Both the position numbers and the translations under genes were made by a program. DNA of 63,640 bases, filler included. It is 13 parts of 13 records of this genome, joined end to end, with 100 filler letters (N's around TTAATTAATTAA, not from the genome) between each part and the next. Parts side by side here need not be neighbours in the genome. Positions count along the whole stretch, not along the records: positions 26,117 to 36,220 come from SRR7504441_3150; positions 36,321 to 39,549 come from SRR7504441_3154; positions 39,650 to 43,142 come from SRR7504441_3156; positions 43,243 to 46,620 come from SRR7504441_3159; positions 46,721 to 50,187 come from SRR7504441_3162; 8 more parts are not named here. One strand, 5' to 3'. A model generated the notes under the pieces. It did not search any database. It saw only the letters and a list, made by a program, of their open reading frames with translations, and was not told where the DNA came from. This document shows, one piece after another, positions 35,874 through 46,951 of this stretch. The stretch's first letter is position 1. The number at the start of each line of letters is the position of its first letter.

Positions 35874-36112
35874 TAATTGGGAGCTCAACACAACACGAGA
35901 GGGCTCCTCTTGACTAGTACAAAGCAATATAAATGTTCGAAACTGACGTAGACGTTAATTAAGATGATGAGTATTAACCGAGATCTAAGGTAACTGATTT
36001 CAATAAAGTGGATTTACACTAACTACATAAGCTTTACATGAGCTTATATCACTGAAGACATTACGTATTGGCTAATCACCCCCGTATCAACTACCGCCGA
36101 CCGGGTTACATG

Positions 36113-36178
36113 TAAGCTAGGCTCGTACATACAGCCGTACCTAATAAGCTACTAATAAGCTAGGCTCGTACCTACAGC
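36113..36178. repeat. 23-bp imperfect direct repeat with a patchwork spacer
   Basis: taagctaggctcgtac(a/c)tacagc at 36113-36135 and 36156-36178. Confidence 0.8.
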
Positions 36179-36932
36179 TTTACAATCAGCTCGGATGAGT
36201 TTCTGGGTGGTTGATTATGGNNNNNNNNNNNNNNNNNNNNNNNNNNNNNNNNNNNNNNNNNNNNTTAATTAATTAANNNNNNNNNNNNNNNNNNNNNNNN
36301 NNNNNNNNNNNNNNNNNNNNAGTCGGCCACGGGCGGATCTGCATGTTTTGGCAATGATCCCGAGCTCCCGCGCCCGAAGCCCAACTGACTCACAAGACTT
36401 GGAAATGGATCTATCTGCTGATTTAATAAAACCTGTAGGACTTTTCACTCGTCGAGATGGCCAGAAGAACGAAGAACCGCGCAGGGCTGGTCCTGCTGGC
36501 GGCGTCCGGCGCGTGGGCGACTTTTATCATAAGTAGCTACAGTACATGTACTACGTGCCTTCTTCTCACAACGGACTAGCAGTGCAACGGAACGAACAGA
36601 AGTGCAGCGGAAGTGGATCCGAACGAGCCTCTAAGTCAGGAGGACAACGACACCTGCATCTCCGCAATGCCTGTCGGCCGCCTTACTAATTAATTTTGTA
36701 TTAATTAAAGTTTGAGTACACAAGCGCGTTTCCGGGTCGTGTGAGTTTCGGCTACTCAGTATTGTAGCCGGCTGGCCGTACTCAGTAGCTCGGCTCAGTA
36801 GATGCACCTTCTCGGTCTCGGCGAGCGCACCGGCGAGTTAGCTATCTAAGGGATATAAAGGCCTCAGTTTGCAGCCGATCATCAGCATTTGATAAGAGCC
36901 AATGTTAACGGACTCATTCCCAAACAGGCGCG

Positions 36933-38303
36933 ATGTTGGCAGGCCGGCTCGAGGCGCTGGCCCGGCGGGTGCGCGCAAACTCGATGGCAGGGGCGGGCCA
37001 GGCAATGGACTGGGTGGAAGGGGTGCTGGCCCACTCACCTTTCGGCCTCGCCCGCACCGTCGCTGTCCATCCGAGAGGAACGGGCACGGTCGCCGAGCTG
37101 CCAGGGGTCACGATGTTGTGCGTGCTGCGCGGCAGCGCGTATGGGTGCGAGCATTGGCTCGGGTCATATACGGAGCTGCTGCTCCAGTATGTGAAACTCG
37201 CCGATGAGGCGCAGGGCGGGCGTTGCTCGGAGTTTGGAAGCGATGCAGGCAGGGGCGAGTTGCAGTTTCGGTTCGACCGGATCCAGGTCAGTTTGCTGTT
37301 GGCACTGGACGACGACGGCACGGTCGAGGAGAACAGCTGGATGGCCCAGCGGCTCAGAATGGAAACTCGGGTGGAGCTGATCAAAGCCATGCCCCCGGCT
37401 GTTCAGGATGTCATGTGCGTCCTCAAGCATTGGATTGGAACTCTGCCACTTGAAGCGGCCCGACCTTCTTCGCTGACGATTGAAGCTCTCGTAGCAACGC
37501 TGTACGCTCAGATGGAGCTGCAAGCGCCCGAAGAGGCTGACTTTCGAGGCGAATTGTTCCTAAGCTTTTGCAATGTAGTACAACAGGAAACCACCGACCC
37601 CTCAGATCCCACGTACGAGCTACTTGCTGAGTGCGAGCTGTCCGCGTTGGCAAACGAAGCAAGGAAGCAAACGGAGGCAAACTTTCAAAACTTCATGAGC
37701 GATGCTCTGCCAGAGTCACTGCCCGATAGAAAAGCTGATCCAGCGCAAGCCCAGGTGTTTCATGATCAGGCTTTGGAAGCGCAAAAGGCCTGGGGTCTTC
37801 GAGAAAGGACCGGACCTGAGTGGGATGCACTCAATGCGCATGCTACGGATCTTTTCAGGCACGCCCTCAGCCTGGATCAGATGCATGTACCGACATTGAT
37901 TCGATTGGGGATGATTTTGCTAAGCCAAAAGCAACTTCAAGAGTCACAAGAGCTACTAGGTCGAGCCGCGTCGGTACAGGGCGAGCACCAACACGTGGTC
38001 AATAGAAACAAGTGTGAAGCTGAGACGTTGAAAGGCAGCATGTCGCGGGAGGAGCTTAGCGAGGGGTTGATGGCTTTAGTGGAAGATGGGATGCTGGTTC
38101 CATTTGAGGATCATCGAAGGGACTTTCTAGAGATGATTCAGTTATCGCCACCTCGTACCGCACGACCTGACCTGAGACCCCATAGTGCACACACGAGCCG
38201 AGGAGTTGCAAGCTTGCGGACTACGAGGCCAACAACAGCTATGAGCAGTACTCGATTAGGTACATGTAACGCACAAGCTCGAATTCCTCGTTTGCAAACA
38301 TGA
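36933..38303 (+). CDS. OAS-like nucleotidyltransferase-fold protein (catalytic residues lost) fused to a TPR region
   Basis: [22 protein letters not shown]...[10 protein letters not shown] resembles the OAS motif [22 protein letters not shown]...PPQYALELL. TPR-like [24 protein letters not shown]. Confidence 0.6.
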   Translation: [456 protein letters not shown]

Positions 38304-38377
38304 TATAAAACCGATATGAAATACTTGACAAAACTATACGCTTTTCGGTGAACATGCGCGCATGGCATCGTATACAC

Positions 38378-39549
38378 TTAATTCCGGAACTCCCGATTGG
38401 TCAGCACCTTAGGAGCAATCAAAGACCAAAAGTAAGCAATCAACACCAGCCAGCTCGTCGCCAGATTGATCCACAGACCGAAGTCGTCCAGCTCGTTTGC
38501 GACACAGTTATTCGAGATTTTGACGCCCCAGTCGGTCAAGAGCATCCCCATGTAGCATGAGCTCAAGGCCAGCACTCTGCACCCCCATCAGCGGCACTCG
38601 GGACTCCCGAACTCACAGCAAGTATCGCCATAGCACTGAGTCCGGCGGAGGGGGTGCGCCACCGAGACTTGTCCGGCCCGACCTTCCTCCAAGGTCCAGC
38701 CCGGTTGTCTGCGCCCCCATCCTCAGTCAGAGTGAGGCTAGCCATCCGCAGGCGATTGCTACCCCTTTGCCAAGCCCGGCCCGCTCGCCATTGCTCATAG
38801 AGGACCATGCGGCCTTGGTCACACTAAGCGCTGCACCCGGCCGCTCAGCTGTTTGGCCACCCACAGCTGCACCCGCAATCAGCAAGCTCAGCACTGTCTG
38901 CCAGTCATCGATGTCGCTGTCGCTGTTATTGAGCCGGTTACACCCGTCGTCAGGGTTGTTGTACAGGCCCGTGAAGGTGAGCAGCTGCAGATTGAATCCG
39001 ATCACGGCTGAAGCTATCAGTGATCCGTGCTCGCACCACGCTGAGATCGACAAAACCAAACAGAGCAACCATCCGACTGTCGTGCCAGCAGTTGATCCAA
39101 TCCCGAGCCCACAATCAAACCAATAAAACGAGGCCCCGGCCAGGGCGAGCGCGGCTAGCAACAGCAGCGCCGAGAAGATTAGCAGCGCTAGCCGCCAGCA
39201 GGTGAGCTGACCGGTCGGCTCCTTGCCCCTCCAGGCCTCGTTCCAGTTGTAAGCCCAGTCCAGCAGCACCAGCACTTGCAGGATAATAAATAGCCCGGAG
39301 CACACCGAACTGAAGTAGGCGAATCCTTCGAAGAACTGGTTGGGCACGAACCAGACCCCGGCGCAGATCGCCAGGCAGGCGCCTAGCTTGCACAGCCACC
39401 AGTCGTAGTACACCGGCCCGGCGCACCGGTCCGAGCAGCAGAGCAAGGCGAGCAGGAGGTACCAGAAGAAGAAGCCGGCGCTGATCCGCATCACAATCTG
39501 GTCCTCGACGCACTGCCGGCCAGTCAGTGACGGGCAGGTCAAATGGCTT
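38378..39549 (-). CDS. SERINC/TMS1-family membrane protein (5'-truncated)
   Basis: VMRISAG, FIILQVLVLLDWAYNWNEAW, SCYMGMLLTDW and WSLIAPKVLTNREF motifs. Several short introns, including 38831-38872. Confidence 0.9.
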
Positions 39550-39649
39550 NNNNNNNNNNNNNNNNNNNNNNNNNNNNNNNNNNNNNNNNNNNNTTAATTA
39601 ATTAANNNNNNNNNNNNNNNNNNNNNNNNNNNNNNNNNNNNNNNNNNNN

Positions 39650-40078
39650 GCTTCTGGGCTGCCTGATGACGTCGAGGTCGAGCTCCAGAAAATGCTCGCC
39701 GGAGTTCGACTCCAGAGCCTTTTGACGGCTCTGGACGACATTATTATTTTGGGACCAAACCGAGGTGTTCGCGAGCTGCTTGACGCCATTATGCCCAAGC
39801 TTCCGTCGTTCCGTCTGCATCTGTGTCGTTTTGCGCGTCTTGCCTAATAACCATCCTCGGCAAAGCAGCTGCTGCAGGTGACCTTGCTAGCCGGCGGTAG
39901 CCTCACTGGTCAGTGGTGGCAGAGAGATCCCGGCATTCCAAGATACTCATCAACAAGGAAGCTGCGATCAAGATCAAGGCCGAGCTCCTGAAGCCATGTC
40001 CTAGCAAAGGTGCAGCTAGTGATGGGGCATGGTAATGGGGGGCAGTTACTGGTCGCAAGAGCGAATGGCGTCTTTGAA
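39650..40078 (+). CDS. 3' fragment of an intron-containing hypothetical gene
   Basis: Protein-like frame (LPDDVEVELQKMLAGVRLQSLL) and candidate short GT-AG introns, ending TGA near 40078. Confidence 0.35.
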
Positions 40079-40392
40079 TCGCGTCTTGAATGCTGGCCGG
40101 CTTATCTGGCGGGCTTATCTATTGCCTTCACGTCGTAAGGCCGAGATGACCAGTAGGTCACATCGAGCCGCCTCCGAAAGGAGTTGCTAGAGAGCTCTGC
40201 TCTGTACCGTATCAGCTCTGTATTTGAGTATACTCGAACGTAGTTATATAATAGCTAGCTAGACATCGTTTTAAAATGAAAGGCCTAAATCATCAGGTAA
40301 CATTGAACAACCTGGAGCGACCAGCTAGTGACCAATAATAAGCTCTATGCGAGCTGGCGCAATGCGTTCTAGTTGTATTGTTATCCAATCAG

Positions 40393-40448
40393 CCCTCATA
40401 GAGCACCCCGGGCAGCACCGCCCTCATAGAGCACCCCGGGCAGCACCG
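40393..40448. repeat. Perfect 28-bp tandem duplication at a gene 3' end
   Basis: ccctcatagagcaccccgggcagcaccg x2. Confidence 0.95.
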
Positions 40449-43142
40449 CGCACAACGGAAACTTCTTCTCCAGCCACATCAGCAAGTCCTTCCGCAGCAC
40501 ATTGTGCCGCAGGAACCCAACAACATACCCGGCGTCCCCCGCCGTCCTGTGCCCGCTCGCTGAGGCCACCGGAGCCACGCACCGAACATGGCTCCCGACC
40601 AGCCATCGGGCGAGGTCCGCCCTCACAGCCTTGCAGTACTCCCAGTACTCGCCCACCGAATGCGCATCCTGATCCCGGAACCTGCCGGCGGTTCAGCCCG
40701 GCCTAGCCAACAGCTCACGTGTTGAGTTCGTCCAGCAGGCCGGCGCTCCGATCTAGCAGCTCGCCCACCTGCCCCCAGGCTCGGGCCGCTCCAGCCGCCG
40801 CTCGCCTTGGCCAGCGGATCTGGGCCGTCCGGCTTGGCCGGCCAAAGCCCGTAGAGCGGGTCGGTGCGCTGCCTGAGGTGCTCGTCCACCGACTCGTATG
40901 TGTAGTGCTCCCAGGCCGTGCACATCTCGACTGCGGTCTCGCGCAGCTGGGCCAGGACAGACATGTCGCTCCTTGGGTCGCTTGGTCCAAACTGGTGCCC
41001 GACAGGCTCCATCCGCTTGGCCCACTGGTCTGCCACGTGCCGGACCTGGGCGGCGACAGTGGCCTGCGTGGCAGTGCCAAACTGGAGCACCACCAACCGA
41101 TCATTAAAGTACTGGCGGTGCGATTTGCCCAGCACAATCCTGGTGGCGTGGTACTGCGGGTAGAGGTAGTCGGTGGCGGTGCCCCGGCGGACAGGATCCT
41201 GCTGGACCAGCTTGAGTCCGTCCACCGCCCCGCCCACAGAGTCCTGCCTCCACTCAGCCGCCGCCGGGACTCGGAGCACCATCCAGCCGGTGTGCCGGCC
41301 GAGCATGGCCTGGACAGCTTGCACTGCGTTCAGCTCGCCGTCCAGGTTGTTGTCGTGCTCGTGGTACACCCCTGGCTCGGACACAGGCCCGTGCAAGCTC
41401 GACCCCTCCGGACCTGATTGCCTGCCCCACTGGTCATTCCACCCCCCGCGGCCCTCACCCGCCAGCCCCGAAGCCGTCCCATTCTTGACCGCTCTCAGCG
41501 TGCCCGAACACGCCCCACAGCGACCGCAGGCTCGCCAAGATCACCAGCGATGAGCCGCCCAGCGCGTGGCAGTGGCAGGGCTCGGCCTGTAGCCTGCGTC
41601 AGACCCGAAGCCTGGCCGGCACACCGTGGGGATCGGCTGGGGGAAGTGGAGGTCGAGCACTAGCTCGAGACCGCGGACACCGAGCACTTGCTGAATCAGC
41701 GCCGGCAGTGACTCGATCTGGCTGGCGTCAGCTGTGTCGGCCATCGGCAGCGGCTTGTATCCAAGCATGTCGCGCCACGGGCAGAGGAAGAAGGCCACTG
41801 TGGCCTTGGGGACAACCATCGGGCTCTCGCTCGACCGGTCATCCAGCTGATCGAATGAAGTTATCTCCACGCACTGCTCTGACGACCGAATCTTGATGCC
41901 ACTGAAGTCGTTTAGGATGTTGCATTCGACCACAATCGGCATCCTCTGCTGATCAAACACAACCGAGAACGAGCTGCCGTCCGCCCCGAGGTCCAGCCCA
42001 GCTGGCGGTGTGTCCACCCAGCCCCCGGCCAGTGGCAGCTGTAGCGGGAGCGACACCCGCGAGTGGATTGCGTCGTACAAGCCGCCCGCAGTCCGCCGCG
42101 AGAGGCTAGATGGCACGAATCTGGTGAGCAGCGCGTCCCGGGCCATCTGCTGCGCGCTCTGGACCAGCCGGCTGTCCTCGGCCTCGAGCGCCTTGCGTGC
42201 CTCCGGCTCGAGTCCGGGCTCGGTGCTTGCTATGTGTGCGACCTGCGCCACTCGACTCAGCCCGTGCCAGAGGGCAGCCCGGCACCATCGCAGCGAGCGC
42301 GTGGTAGGCTCTGAGCAGCTGGAGAGCCGACCGACGGTCCATGCTCACGCTCGGCTGTATCAGCGCCAGGTGCTCGGCCCACATTGTGTTGAGCTTGGCA
42401 AGCGTATCGTCAGAGCTGTCCGCCGAGGCTACCACCAGATTGCGGGCGCACTTTGCCATCTTGACGTGAACGTTTTTTGCGCTGTTGAAAGCGGCCGACA
42501 TGTCGACGTTGATGCTCTCGGCTTGGTATTGCACGTGCCGAAGCAGTTGCCCGTCTGCATCATGCTTGGCGAGAGAATCCTTCAGCGAGACCCGACCATA
42601 CAGCTGGCCGGCACGCGAGGTGTACGGGCATGCGGCCACGTGCCCATGCTGGCCCAGGAGCGTGTTGGCTGTGGCCAGCGCCGCTTCAACCGACTCAGCG
42701 AGCGAGTCTGCCACTGCGCACAGCTTGGCGCTCCACAGGTTCTGACTGTCGCCTTCCTCCCACACGTCGTCGACCTGCAAGTCGAGCAGCTGGAGGGCCT
42801 CTTGGATCGGCAGCCCGAGGAAGGTAACCTTGCCGCTGGCCAGGCTGGCCTTGATGTTGTCGTACGCTCCCATCACCTGGGTGACATACCTAGTCGATCC
42901 TGGGTAGATGCCATCTATGATCTGCCAGGTCTGCACAAACGTGTCCGGAGGCACATTCGACCGAGCCGGCAGCGTGGTGTGGCTGAGCAGGCATCCGTCG
43001 CCCACAACGCACTGCGGCCCAACTGAGCTGTACTCAATCACTGTAGAACTTCCGATGGTCACGCCTGCACTGCCTCAGCAGCCGGCCCACCAGCGGCTGC
43101 CTTGACCAATGAAGCTCTCCATAGTGCACCCGGACCCGATCT
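40396..43142 (-). CDS. L-fucokinase/GDP-fucose pyrophosphorylase-like protein with a degenerate GHMP domain (5'-truncated)
   Basis: Beta-helix-like IEYSSVGPQCVVGDGCLLS, GAYDNIK, TFLG, LWSAKL, LAGGWVDTPP, LGGSS. Introns: 40682-40718, 40769-40805 (GC), 41422-41458, 41587-41624, 42243-42285, 43065-43100 (GC). Confidence 0.75.
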
Positions 43143-43242
43143 NNNNNNNNNNNNNNNNNNNNNNNNNNNNNNNNNNNNNNNNNNNNTTAATTAATTAANN
43201 NNNNNNNNNNNNNNNNNNNNNNNNNNNNNNNNNNNNNNNNNN

Positions 43243-44029
43243 CGTGGCCATGGCCGTGATCCTCACAGCTCGCCGGCCCATGCCCGTGCCCCAAATCCCG
43301 TTGGTCTCCCTGGTCGTGCCTATGGCCTGTGTGTCCGTGGCTGTGCCCGTGGTCGGCATGACTGTGCCCGGCCGATCCACCATGACCTGTGCACGCCTCC
43401 CCCCCGGCGTGCGAGTGCCCAGCGCCGTCAAACAAGAATAAACCCAGGATGCAGACCAGCATCCCCACGCCGCCCACAATCGCTATCTGCACCGCCGTCC
43501 GCCCAGCTCGGGGCAGAGCGCACCTGCAGCGGGTAGCTCACCCGGGGGTGCTGCACAAAACTCTTCACGATCCGCTCACTCATAAAGAAGCACAGCGCCA
43601 GCAGGAACACCGCGTTGCAGAGTCCGCCCAGCACTTCGGCCCGCTTCCAGCCATCTGCCACCCCCGGGCTGGTCTGCCGCCAGCCGCCGCGCGGGCACAT
43701 GAATGCTTGGAGTCCTGTGGGCGGTGGGCCAGGATGATCGCGTAGAACGTACAGCCCATCGTGAGCACGTCAGACAGCCGGTGGAAAGCGTCGGCCACCA
43801 GCGTGAGCGAGCCCGTGATCATCGCGTACACAAACTCGAGCAGCGTCAGCGCGAGCGTCATCGCTCCGATCACGAACACCGCACGGGCGTCGTAGTCCCG
43901 CCACCATTTGAATCCGGAATCGGTCGTCGGGTGGTCCGGGACCATCACCGCCCCGTACGACTCGCCCCCGAGCTCAGGGCTCGCCTCGCCGGGCATTGAG
44001 ATCAGCTTGACGCTCTCCAGGGTCGGCAT
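43243..44029 (-). CDS. Cation diffusion facilitator (SLC30/ZnT-like zinc transporter), 3'-truncated
   Basis: SLTLVADAFHRLSD, YGWKRAEVLGGL and a His-rich loop GHSH. Introns 43487-43523 and 43655-43698. Confidence 0.9.
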
Positions 44030-44167
44030 GGCTCGCGGGACTGGTTTGCGCCTCTCAAACACCCCGCTCGAGCAGGTGGCGTGCACCACCGATCGATCCG
44101 TTGATCTCCCCCTAACGGATTAACTGTCCGTGTGCTGTGGAGATCGGCTCAGCGGTCTGCGAGCTCC

Positions 44168-45808
44168 ATGCCGCCGGCGCACGGAAAGCTGCCGGTGCCG
44201 GCCCGTCTCGCGGCGCTCGAGCGCAAGGCGGGCCAACCGGATCCAGCCGGTCTGGGGATCCAGGACCGAGTGCGCGCCCTGGAGCGCCAGCTGTTTGGGC
44301 AACCCAAGGCGGCCGGCGGGCTCATCCCTCGGATCGAGGCGCTCGAGGCTCTGGAGGGCGACCTGGTCCGACTGACCAGCGAGCGGGCGGCGCCTCACCT
44401 CGATCATGTGCCCCCCAGACTGTACGATGGCGGACGGGCCCGGCCGGACGGCTGCCGCCGGAGGATCAACTCTTTGCATAGCCTGGCCAAGCGCGGGTAT
44501 ATCCCCAGCCAGAGCCTGGCCACAATCGCGGCCGCGCTAGCCCAACTGCCAGAGCTTTCGGCCACCAGCTCCGCTGTGGCCGGGCTGGCCGAGCTGGGGG
44601 CCCGGTGGGAGCAGCTATCGGCCTCGTCAGCCCGCCGGGCCCGGCGCGCGCTGCTTGAGCATCTGGGCTTGGTGCAGGCGGCTGAGGAGCGGCAGCGCGT
44701 GGTGCTGGCTGGGCTGGTCGAGGCCGCCCGGGCCGGGGCTGCAGACCGACTGGCGGCCGGAGTTGCGAACGTGCTGGGACTAGATCGCGCGACTGGGCCG
44801 GCCGAAGCGTGGCTGTCAGCAGTGTGCGAGCGGCTGGGGCGGGAGCCGGCGTGGGATCTGGATCAGGACGCGTGGATGCGACTGGCCGAGATGGTGCACT
44901 GCGAGCACAGCTTCGGGAGCTGCGCCCCCAGCCGCGACCCGCCACCCGCCTGCTGGGGCCGGATGAAGCAGCTGACGGGAGTGCGGCGACTCTGGGGAGT
45001 TAGTGACTTGCATATTGAGAAGCCAGCCAATCGGGACTACATAGACAAGATGCCTCCCCATCCGGAGGACGGGCTGATTGTTGCGGGCGACGTGCACGTC
45101 AAGCTAGACGGGCTTGAGGCGGCACTTACAGGGCTCCAACGGAAGTTTCGGCACGTGTTTTACTGCCCCGGCAACCACGAGCTCTGGAAGTCTTCAACCG
45201 ACAGCACCGCCGACGCAATTGAGAAGCACGGCGCGATCTTGAGGCTCTGTGAGCGAATCGGAGTCCAGGTGAGCCCTGCAATGCTTGGCCGGGACACGCT
45301 TGTGTGTCCGTTGTTCTCATGGCACGATGAGCGCGGGTTCTGTGAGCCTCTGAGTTGGGGCGAGATAGATCCTCACATGCATTTTGAAACGCTCAACCAG
45401 CAGTGGTGGCCGCAGCTGGTCACGAGCAGCCAAGCGGCCCAGCGCAGGCCTGCGGGCGGGGTGCTGATCTCTTACTCGCATTTCGCGCCTCGCCAGGATC
45501 TTTACGTCGGGCCGAGCAAGCTGGCTGATTTCATGGTCTCTCGGCAGCTCGGGCACGTGGTGGACGCGTTACAGCCGGATGTGCACTTGTTCGGCCATTC
45601 ACATGTCGATACCGACCAGACCATCGGTGGGACCAGATATGTGCAACGGGCTGGGGACGGAAGAGGCGAACCCAACCTTGTGTTGGTCTGGGCCTGGCTA
45701 TCAGCGGAGGTGGCAGAGCCTGGCGATGGACCGGATGCATCCGGCGCCGCATCGCAAGCTTCACAGCAACTGAGTAGGCAAACGTCGTTCGAATTTACGA
45801 TGTTTTAA
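44168..45808 (+). CDS. Calcineurin-like metallophosphoesterase with an N-terminal helical extension
   Basis: VSDLH, VAGDV, PGNHE, SHF and FGHSH motifs. Confidence 0.88.
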   Translation: MPPAHGKLPVPARLAALERKAGQPDPAGLGIQDRVRALERQLFGQPKAAGGLIPRIEALEALEGDLVRLTSERAAPHLDHVPPRLYDGGRARPDGCRRRINSLHSLAKRGYIPSQSLATIAAALAQLPELSATSSAVAGLAELGARWEQLSASSARRARRALLEHLGLVQAAEERQRVVLAGLVEAARAGAADRLAAGVANVLGLDRATGPAEAWLSAVCERLGREPAWDLDQDAWMRLAEMVHCEHSFGSCAPSRDPPPACWGRMKQLTGVRRLWGVSDLHIEKPANRDYIDKMPPHPEDGLIVAGDVHVKLDGLEAALTGLQRKFRHVFYCPGNHELWKSSTDSTADAIEKHGAILRLCERIGVQVSPAMLGRDTLVCPLFSWHDERGFCEPLSWGEIDPHMHFETLNQQWWPQLVTSSQAAQRRPAGGVLISYSHFAPRQDLYVGPSKLADFMVSRQLGHVVDALQPDVHLFGHSHVDTDQTIGGTRYVQRAGDGRGEPNLVLVWAWLSAEVAEPGDGPDASGAASQASQQLSRQTSFEFTMF

Positions 45809-45890
45809 CAACAGTTACATGTACTATTGTAATTGTGGTTAAAATGGTAGAAGTAGTTATTTAGATTTCAGTAAATGTAGAGTACGATTC

Positions 45891-46620
45891 TCATCTCCGG
45901 GGCGATTGTGACCTGCCCGACCGCCTCCTGTGGTCATAGTCCCTGCTATCACGTCTATCGTAGTCCCTGCTATCACGCCTGTCATAGTCCCTGCTATCAC
46001 GCCGGTCATAGTCCCTGCTGTCGCGCCGGTCATAGTCCCTGCTATCCCGTCTGTCATAGTCCCTGCTGTCGCGTCTGTCATAGTCCCTCATGTCGCCTCT
46101 GCTATACTCTCGGAGCTGCCGTCTTCCAGCCTCCCTGCTCTCGTGCTGGCCAGGCTCCTCCCTCTCGCGTCCCCGGCGCGACTCCTCCCTCTCGCCACCG
46201 CCTGCCGCACCGCTCGCCACAGCCCGCCGGCCGGCTGCACCAACAGATGATTTCTGGTTATTGCACAGGCCAATGCTGTCGTTTGCAATACTATTCTCAA
46301 TCCAGCCTCTTACGATCATATATCCTGCGGCACCCAGATCGGCCGGCAGTCGGCCGGCAGGGCACCGAGGTGGAGCTTGCCTCCGAAGTGGTCCTGCAGC
46401 CGCGCAGTGTTGTCCAGAATAGAAACGAACGCGCCACACACGTCACACACGCGGAGCTCTTTGGCCTTGTGCCCTCGCTCCCCGTCGGCCCTCGGCTCCG
46501 GCTTGATCGGGGCCTTCTCGAGCCTCTCCATCTCCTGCTTCATCTGCTCCACCTCCAGCAACGCCTGCCCCCGGCTGACCAGCGCTCATCGTGCCGGGCC
46601 GCCTGTTTCATCTGGTCGAC
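45891..46620 (-). CDS. LUC7: LUC7-family U1 snRNP protein (3' part) with an RD/RS-rich tail
   Basis: LRVCDVCGAFVSILDNTARLQDHFGGKLHLGY (second zinc finger). Introns 46325-46365 and 46565-46602 (GC). Confidence 0.9.
45933..46088. repeat. Coding 24-bp tandem repeat (about 6.5 units) encoding RDYDRRDS
   Basis: gtcatagtccctgct(a/g)tc.cg.c. units inside the LUC7 tail. Confidence 0.95.
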
Positions 46621-46951
46621 NNNNNNNNNNNNNNNNNNNNNNNNNNNNNNNNNNNNNNNNNNNNTTAATTAATTAANNNNNNNNNNNNNNNNNNNNNNNN
46701 NNNNNNNNNNNNNNNNNNNNATACCGGGAGCCTGGGTGCTGCACCTTGCTTTGAGCGGCACTAAAACTTGTTGATTGAAAACCTGTCGATGATTTGTTGA
46801 CAGAATTGGATAGATATAACAAATGATTAAATATGTCATCTAGTGTGACAATCATTCAACTGTCAATCTGCAAACAGGACTCTGTACGTACAATCATGTC
46901 TGACGTGTACGTACGCAAAAAGCCAATACAATCTTCTCGTAGCATTAGGTC

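Noticed and set aside
45933-46088. 24-bp repeats as a CRISPR array
   Set aside because: The units are contiguous with no spacers, lie in frame within the LUC7 RD/RS tail, sit in a eukaryotic context, and have no cas genes.
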